A DNA stretch of 57,066 nucleotides, counting the filler, from Stramenopiles sp. TOSAG23-3 (Eukaryota): assembly GCA_900128585.1 (NCBI GenBank). It is 3 parts of 3 records of this genome, joined end to end, with 100 filler letters (N's around TTAATTAATTAA, not from the genome) between each part and the next. Parts side by side here need not be neighbours in the genome. Positions count along the whole stretch, not along the records: positions 38,131 to 57,066 come from LT642415.1; 2 more parts are not named here. One strand, written 5' to 3'. Of this stretch, positions 50,989 to 57,066 are shown one piece after another. Positions within the stretch are counted from its first letter, which is position 1; each line of letters starts with the position of its first letter. A program made the position numbers and the translations under genes. The notes beneath the pieces were generated by a model, which saw nothing but the letters and a program-made list of their open reading frames with translations, did not search any database and was not told where the DNA came from.

Positions 50989-52653
50989 TTAATCTTTTGT
51001 CACTAGGATACCCAGGGCTTTCGAGAGCGTCTCTCGCGTTGCCAGCGGCGACACGACCCCGTCATCCCATACCCTTGAGGATCCATACCACGCATCGTAT
51101 TTGCTCTCGCTTACACCAGATCGTGCATGGGGCCATGTAAACAAAAAATTTGGGCTAGAAGAACGCGATCCCATGGCAAAGCTTCCGGGGCCAGAGTTTC
51201 TCCCTACCACTACTGACAGCTTCGGCAAAGAGGTGGTATTAACGGCCATTATCATTTTTGCCAAGTCTTTTGCAGCCCCCACGTCTTTCCCGTCGTACGA
51301 AACATCCTCCGAATCGTCCGTGTCGATAAAAAACACCAGTGGGATATTTTTCTGTTCGCACAATCGTACAAAATGGGCCCCTTTCAAGGCCGCAGGACAG
51401 GCGGATGCACCAACGTTTTCCATGTCTTTTGCCTTAAATTTCTCCGCCGTGCCCTCGACAAGTGGGCCATTGTTTGCAATTATCCCAACCATGGTGCCGT
51501 TGATTCGTGCCCATCCAGTTATTAGGGTGCTGCCGTACCGAGCCCGGTGCTCGTGCAGCTCGCTGCCATCTACTATTCTTGCCAAAATGCTGTGCATATG
51601 AACACGTTCTCCTTCCCCTGTCCTCGCGGCCAACCCCAGCAGTTCTGCCGCGTCGTAAAGGGGGTCCAAAGGCGGCTCCTCCGCCGTCTGGTAGCGAGAT
51701 TCAGATGACCCGTGCCAGGCCAGGCGCCGGTCGGGCAAAGTCTCTGCGATGTCGCGGGCTATGCCAAATGCCTCGCGCTCGTTCTCCGCGTAGTGGTCCG
51801 TGCAACCGCTCATATACGTGTGCACTTCGGCGCCCCCTAGTTCCAGGTCGGAGACTATTTCTCCGGTGGCCGCCTTGACAAGGGGAGGCCCCCCTAAGTA
51901 CACGCACCCAATGTCCTTCACAATGACGGCCTCGTCGCTCATCGTGCACATGTACGCTCCCCCAGCCGTGCAGGAGCCAGGGATAATCGCTACCTGGGCA
52001 ATTTTCTGGGAAGACATTCTCGCCTGGTTGTAAAACCACCGTCCCCCCATGTTCTTGTCCGGAAAAATTTCGCTTTGCATTGGGAGGTAGGCGCCAGCAG
52101 AATCAACGATGTAGAAGCAAGGGAGCCTGTTCTCCCTCGCTATCTCTTGGGCCCGCAGCGATTTGGCCACGGAGACCGGGTACGACGCGCCTCCGCTCAC
52201 CGTGGCGTCGTTCGCAACTATCATCACACTTTTCCCGTGAATTTTGCCTATTCCACAGACTACACCAGCGCTTTGAACGTTCGTGCCGTAAAGTTCTAGC
52301 CCTGCCAATAAGGACAGCTCCATAAAATCTGTCCCTCCATCTTCGTTCTTATCTAGCAATAACTCAACGCGCTCTCGGACCAGTATCTTTTTGTTCTTCT
52401 TCACGTGACGCTCTATGGCCTTCTCCCCGCCACCACCTTCAGCAAAAGTCGACAATGATTTCAGCTTTTCCTCCAACTTCAAGCTGTGCTCCAAGCGCGC
52501 ACTGTAATCGTCTCGGCTTAATACGTCGTCGACCCCGACATTAGCTATCTGCTTGAAGGTTCGCACAACCGTGACCACTGGAGACCGCCGTCTACTACTA
52601 CCGACCCGCCGGGTAGGGGACCCCGACCGCTTCACCACTCTCCAAAAATTCAT
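50989..52653 (-). CDS. Methylcrotonoyl-CoA carboxylase beta-like carboxyltransferase (divergent C-terminal domain)
   Basis: IVANDATVSGG, LRAQEIARENRLPC, GSCTAGGAY, GPPLVKAATGE, KGAHFVRLC, SSRVWDDGVV; Arg/Ser-rich presequence from the ATG at 52653. Confidence 0.85.
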   Translation of the reverse strand: MNFWRVVKRSGSPTRRVGSSRRRSPVVTVVRTFKQIANVGVDDVLSRDDYSARLEHSLKLEEKLKSLSTFAEGGGGEKAIERHVKKNKKILVRERVELLLDKNEDGGTDFMELSLLAGLELYGTNVQSAGVVCGIGKIHGKSVMIVANDATVSGGASYPVSVAKSLRAQEIARENRLPCFYIVDSAGAYLPMQSEIFPDKNMGGRWFYNQARMSSQKIAQVAIIPGSCTAGGAYMCTMSDEAVIVKDIGCVYLGGPPLVKAATGEIVSDLELGGAEVHTYMSGCTDHYAENEREAFGIARDIAETLPDRRLAWHGSSESRYQTAEEPPLDPLYDAAELLGLAARTGEGERVHMHSILARIVDGSELHEHRARYGSTLITGWARINGTMVGIIANNGPLVEGTAEKFKAKDMENVGASACPAALKGAHFVRLCEQKNIPLVFFIDTDDSEDVSYDGKDVGAAKDLAKMIMAVNTTSLPKLSVVVGRNSGPGSFAMGSRSSSPNFLFTWPHARSGVSESKYDAWYGSSRVWDDGVVSPLATRETLSKALGILVTKD

Positions 52654-53761
52654 TTCTTTCTCTCTATTGTTGGTAAAAAAACAGTTGTATTCAGTTAATA
52701 GAACTGGGCGGTCTCTTTCCAAAAAAAATCAAGCTTATAAGAATCAATGAACATTCCTTTATGGTTTTAAATTATAAAATAGGACACGTGTACATTATAT
52801 ATACTATATTACTATAGTCGTCTGAAAAAATTGTGTAACAACAATTCCGGAAAAAAAGCTTCTTCTTTTTCTTCTTCTTCTTCTTCTTCTAGATGATTCT
52901 ATAAGAAGATATACCGGTACCTTTACCAAGTACGGTATCATCTTCTTCTATCTTCAAATCATCCATCATCATATTGGTATAAATACGAAGTAGTACCGTA
53001 CAATACCAGGTACAGTATGAGGATTATCATCAAAAAAAAAAAAGAAGGAAGAAGTCCTTATTTATTATTATTTTTATTTTTTTATTTTCTCAGTTCTCTA
53101 CTGACGATTAGACGAGTATAATGTTTTATAATACCAGTTATTATAGTCATATTGAAGGGAAATATAATATTTTTAATATAATACTAGTTAGTTATATTAA
53201 TACCATCTGATGAATGATAAATAAAAACAAGGAAGGAGGTAGACGATTTAAAAATTCAAGATTGATTCATTCATTCATTCTTCTTCGTAAATAACTAGTC
53301 CTAATATATTTTAACTTTAGCTAATAACACATTTAACTAGACTTCGTAACATATTATAGGCAAACGAAAATGGGTACAAATTGATTCTTCATTCAATGCT
53401 TTAATGTAATAAAAATGCAAAACTTATTACCGCCAAAATACAAATTATTATTTTAGGGCGGAGGCAGGAGGCAGGGGGGTCGTGTACACATATTATAACC
53501 GGGAGGACAAAAAAACACACGTAAAATTTCGGTACTTACTATTGCTATCTTAATAATAATAAATAATAAATTGGAATCGAAACAAAAAAAATACATCTGA
53601 TGAAATGCTGAAAGATTGTAGAAACATACCCAGGCGTCGATTTTATTTACATTTTTATCTTTGGTTCTTTCATACAAAAAAGGGCTAGTTTGCATTTGTT
53701 TTGCGTTTTTACCGATTTAAACCAGCGATTGCTTAGAATCAAACCGACGAACGAATTGCCA

Positions 53762-54913
53762 ATGCAGTTGCGTCAATCGGTCGACGGTTTGGACGAGCAG
53801 CAGGTGTTCTATGGAAGTGCGGTAACACTTGGCGCGGTCTTATATTATTTTTTAAACACGAAGTCCGACTATTTAAATTTCGGTCCCAACATTCCTCTTC
53901 TTGTTGTACTGGCGCTGTTTCAGTTTCTTCGCGTGTATTGGTCGCTTTATGTTGGGGTGTTCATGGTTGTCTTTTACCTCTTCACGCGGTGGCGAGAGCT
54001 TTACCGAGGGACGAACGTGGGAATGCAAACGGTTCTTATTACGGGGGCAGGGTCGGGAATAGGCAGGCTGATGGCCGTCGAATGTGCAAGACGGAATGCG
54101 GCCAACGTGATCTTGTGCGACATCAACGTAAAAGGCTCAGAGGCGACCGCGAAGATGATCGAGAAAGTTAACGCGTCCAAGCCAAAGACAAGTAGGGCCA
54201 CCACCAAAGCGTTTGTAACCCCGCGGGTGGACGTATCGTCGGAATCCGATATAAAGAGTTTGAAAGCGTTTTTGGAGAAGAACAAGCTTGTGCTGGATAT
54301 CCTGATCAACAACGCTGGTATTGTCCAAGGTAGACGTATGACAGACCAGTCCTTAACCCCTCACCACGCGTCGTTCACCGTAGGCGTCAACTGTTTGTCA
54401 AACTTTATAATGTTGCACCACTTGCTTCCGGGCATGATGTCGCGAAAAAAAGGTCACATTGTCACCATTGCCAGCACCATGGGAATGGTCCCCTGTGGTG
54501 GTCTGAGCGACTACAACGCATCCAAGTTTGGCCAAGTTGGGATGCACAACTCTGTTCGCTTGGAACTTTCCCGAGATTGCCCTGAAATACGCATGCTTCT
54601 AGTGTGCCCCCACATGATCGACACAGGAATGTTCGATGGAACCTTCGAAAGCCAAGATATCGGGACCCGAATAGCCAAGTTGCTAATACCCTTGCTTCGC
54701 CCAGAGTTCGTCGCAAAGCGGGTCATCGATGGCATCGAGCAGGGGGACTCCTGGATAGTTACCCCCGTCCTCATGCGTTATCTGCCTGTTCTGTTCTGCT
54801 TGATTCCTGTCGAACTTTACCATGGGGTGCTGGGTTTTCTTGGGTCCCACTCTGCAATGGACACCTTTCGCGGACGCCGCCCAACGGCCGGCAAGAAAAA
54901 CAAGGAAAGTTGA
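53762..54913 (+). CDS. Membrane-anchored short-chain dehydrogenase/reductase (retinol dehydrogenase/17beta-HSD11-like)
   Basis: TGAGSGIG, DILINNAG, catalytic YNASK, CPHMIDTGMF; N-terminal TM helices; ATG at 53762. Confidence 0.9.
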   Translation: MQLRQSVDGLDEQQVFYGSAVTLGAVLYYFLNTKSDYLNFGPNIPLLVVLALFQFLRVYWSLYVGVFMVVFYLFTRWRELYRGTNVGMQTVLITGAGSGIGRLMAVECARRNAANVILCDINVKGSEATAKMIEKVNASKPKTSRATTKAFVTPRVDVSSESDIKSLKAFLEKNKLVLDILINNAGIVQGRRMTDQSLTPHHASFTVGVNCLSNFIMLHHLLPGMMSRKKGHIVTIASTMGMVPCGGLSDYNASKFGQVGMHNSVRLELSRDCPEIRMLLVCPHMIDTGMFDGTFESQDIGTRIAKLLIPLLRPEFVAKRVIDGIEQGDSWIVTPVLMRYLPVLFCLIPVELYHGVLGFLGSHSAMDTFRGRRPTAGKKNKES

Positions 54914-55132
54914 CGCGCACACGAAAATTAAGAGAGTTCGTAAATTATTGTATTAAAAAAAAAACTAATTCAGTTTAATCTACAAAAGTACTTTTAGTAA
55001 AAAAAAACACTAATTCGGTTTCTTCTATCATGCCCAAAAGTATGAATATTTTTACATGGTACTTTATTCATTTAGCTTTCTATTCTCGTTGCAAATCAAA
55101 ACTGCTCTCGTTCTCTCTGCAGAGCCACACTC

Positions 55133-56938
55133 TCACTTTGCCCTCCTCCGCTTTCGTATAGCCAGGGGGACGCCGCCATCCACGTACAGAAACATGCCAT
55201 CGTAGCCCAGCTTTTGAGGGGGGGAGTCCGGGGCATGGAAGTCAAACTCCTTCACAAACGACCTGATCAACTCTCTGAATAGCAAGTTGCCAACAGCAGA
55301 CGCTAGGCAACCGGGTTCACCGCTTCCAAAAGGCAGGTACGAGTACGGTAGCGATGGGCCGTTGCTGCCGCCGGCGCTGGGCACGTGGCGCGTGGGATCG
55401 TATTTTGACAACTTCTTCCGTACTCCCCAGACGGTCGGCGACCGGTGCAGCATGGAGACAGACACGTTGACGATCGTTTTTCGTGGAATCCAAAACTGCC
55501 CGGCTTTGATTGTTTTTGAAACGCTCTTCGAAAAAAATGGAATGCATGGATGAAGCCTCAAGGACTCTTTGATGCAGGATTGCAGGTACACTCCGTCCGC
55601 GCCACCAACTACTATCTCCTGGTGAATAACTTTCTCCGTGTGGCTCAAGTCACTGAGTATCCACTCCACCCCTGCCGTTATCGTTCGAAAACCTTTGTAC
55701 AAGGACGCAAGCAAATTGTTCAGCGTGTCCGAGCGGCCCCAGTACTTCGAAATTCGCTCCTCTGCTAGCAAAAGAGTGTTAATCACGCCCTTGTAATCTG
55801 GGTCGGAGGTCTCGGGGCGTTTGAAATGTTCGGAAATGATCGCGTCGATTATCTCTCTCAAGCGGCGCCCCTTCGTGGCCACGTCAGCGCTGGACACGTC
55901 TTCTTTCGCAGCATCCGCGTACTTGATAAACAGGCTCCGAGCCTCGCCCTTTTTGGAAAACCCATGGAGCGTGGCCCCAAAGACAATGTCCCAGAGTGCA
56001 TCGAATACGACAGAGTGTATGGCCGGTGCTACGTCGAACGTTTCCGAGCGTTTGCCAGAACTTTGCGCTTTGCCCATCTCCGTTTTCAAAAGGCGGGCGA
56101 ACCCTTCGCCCGCCGCCGTTGCGACCACCGAGTACCGCTCTCGCAAGGCCCCTTGGAACGGTTTTCCCAGAAAATCGGCCCCGAAGGTGGAATTGCTGTC
56201 CCCGTTCGCCCGTCCTCCGCAGAAAATAGAACAGGCGCCGGGCTGCGGGATGACGAGGCCGTTGGCGTAATTGATGGACGAGGTCAGTGAGGTCATAGAA
56301 GACACGGTCGATGCAGAGTCGTCCGATATGGTAACGGCCCGTATCGCCTCTGGGTTCCACAGCGTAACGGTCGGGTTCCACCCAGAGGTCCACAGCACGC
56401 TGGCCCCAGTCTCCTTCCCTTTCTCTAGCATCATCATGGCCTCTGCCATTTTCAGCTGTGCCTCGATCCTTCGAAGCTCGTCCATGCGGGCCTCCCACTC
56501 TGCGGTCCACAAGGTCGCGTTCGTCAGGTTTCGGCGCAATTTTACGTGACCGTGGCCGAAAAAGAAAAATCGTGGTGGCTGTCCTGGGACAAGGTTGAGG
56601 TACCTGCCATGGGTCCATTCCTTTTCAATGAGCCCTTTCCACACCAAAAACAGCATGAAAAAGAGAACCGGGATGAAGTACTCTCGCGGCTGACCGCTCG
56701 TCTGGTTCCACAAGAGCTCCTCGACAGCCTCCACGGAGTGAAGGCACAGGTACCCGAGCATACAGACGACCCCCGTGCTCAGAACCCTTCCAAACCAGTA
56801 ATCAAGGATAACTTTCTTTTTGTCCAAGTTCCCAATGGACGTTCCAGTCGCTGCCACTGCATGGGTTGGAAAACGGATCAAGTTCCTCAGCAAGAGCCAC
56901 AAGGATTTCCCAAACACACCAGTGTTGGACGGTGCCAT
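55133..56938 (-). CDS. Divergent cytochrome P450
   Basis: Proline hinge VPGQPPRFFFFG, K-helix ESLR, meander YDPTRH, heme loop PFGSGEPGCLA; first ATG at 56938 (57028 is TTG). Confidence 0.82.
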   Translation of the reverse strand: MAPSNTGVFGKSLWLLLRNLIRFPTHAVAATGTSIGNLDKKKVILDYWFGRVLSTGVVCMLGYLCLHSVEAVEELLWNQTSGQPREYFIPVLFFMLFLVWKGLIEKEWTHGRYLNLVPGQPPRFFFFGHGHVKLRRNLTNATLWTAEWEARMDELRRIEAQLKMAEAMMMLEKGKETGASVLWTSGWNPTVTLWNPEAIRAVTISDDSASTVSSMTSLTSSINYANGLVIPQPGACSIFCGGRANGDSNSTFGADFLGKPFQGALRERYSVVATAAGEGFARLLKTEMGKAQSSGKRSETFDVAPAIHSVVFDALWDIVFGATLHGFSKKGEARSLFIKYADAAKEDVSSADVATKGRRLREIIDAIISEHFKRPETSDPDYKGVINTLLLAEERISKYWGRSDTLNNLLASLYKGFRTITAGVEWILSDLSHTEKVIHQEIVVGGADGVYLQSCIKESLRLHPCIPFFSKSVSKTIKAGQFWIPRKTIVNVSVSMLHRSPTVWGVRKKLSKYDPTRHVPSAGGSNGPSLPYSYLPFGSGEPGCLASAVGNLLFRELIRSFVKEFDFHAPDSPPQKLGYDGMFLYVDGGVPLAIRKRRRAK

Positions 56939-57066
56939 ATCGGTGGGTACGGTATAGACTGGCAGGCAGGCGGCAGGCGTCCCGTTCCCTTGTACCGTTA
57001 CACACGTGCCTTTAGTATATATGAACAAGCTAGATCAAAACGTCGAATTTTTACAAATCGTTGTGT

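Overview
Eukaryotic, gene-dense and apparently intronless DNA, with GC-richer genes separated by AT-rich spacers. It is most consistent with a flagellated stramenopile (axonemal DNAH6-type dynein, PH-domain DGAT1); this taxonomy is an inference. The window is three scaffolds (1-18965, 19066-38030, 38131-57066; 18965, 18965 and 18936 bp) joined by artificial N44-TTAATTAATTAA-N44 linkers, so gene order across 19 kb and 38 kb is not biological. About 20 genes are visible: ciliary/cytoskeletal (dynein, MORN, ankyrin-IQ-FHA, ankyrin-FN3, TPR, WW), trafficking and housekeeping (Rgp1, BMT2, MFS, EF-hand) and lipid/glycan enzymes (DGAT1, LicD, MCC-beta-like, SDR, P450). The most interesting items are: (1) a ~1880-aa predicted nuclear protein combining a PHD finger, a dynamin-like (SLIP-GC/NUGGC-like) GTPase, an apparently catalytically dead OTU domain and a CCHC knuckle; (2) a ~40-bp dispersed repeat present on all three scaffolds that also forms a ~360-bp foldback; (3) a predicted ER-lumenal CS-ankyrin protein ending in RTEL; (4) an MCC-beta paralog and a P450 with altered active-site motifs. 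All calls come from motif recognition by eye; no searches were run.
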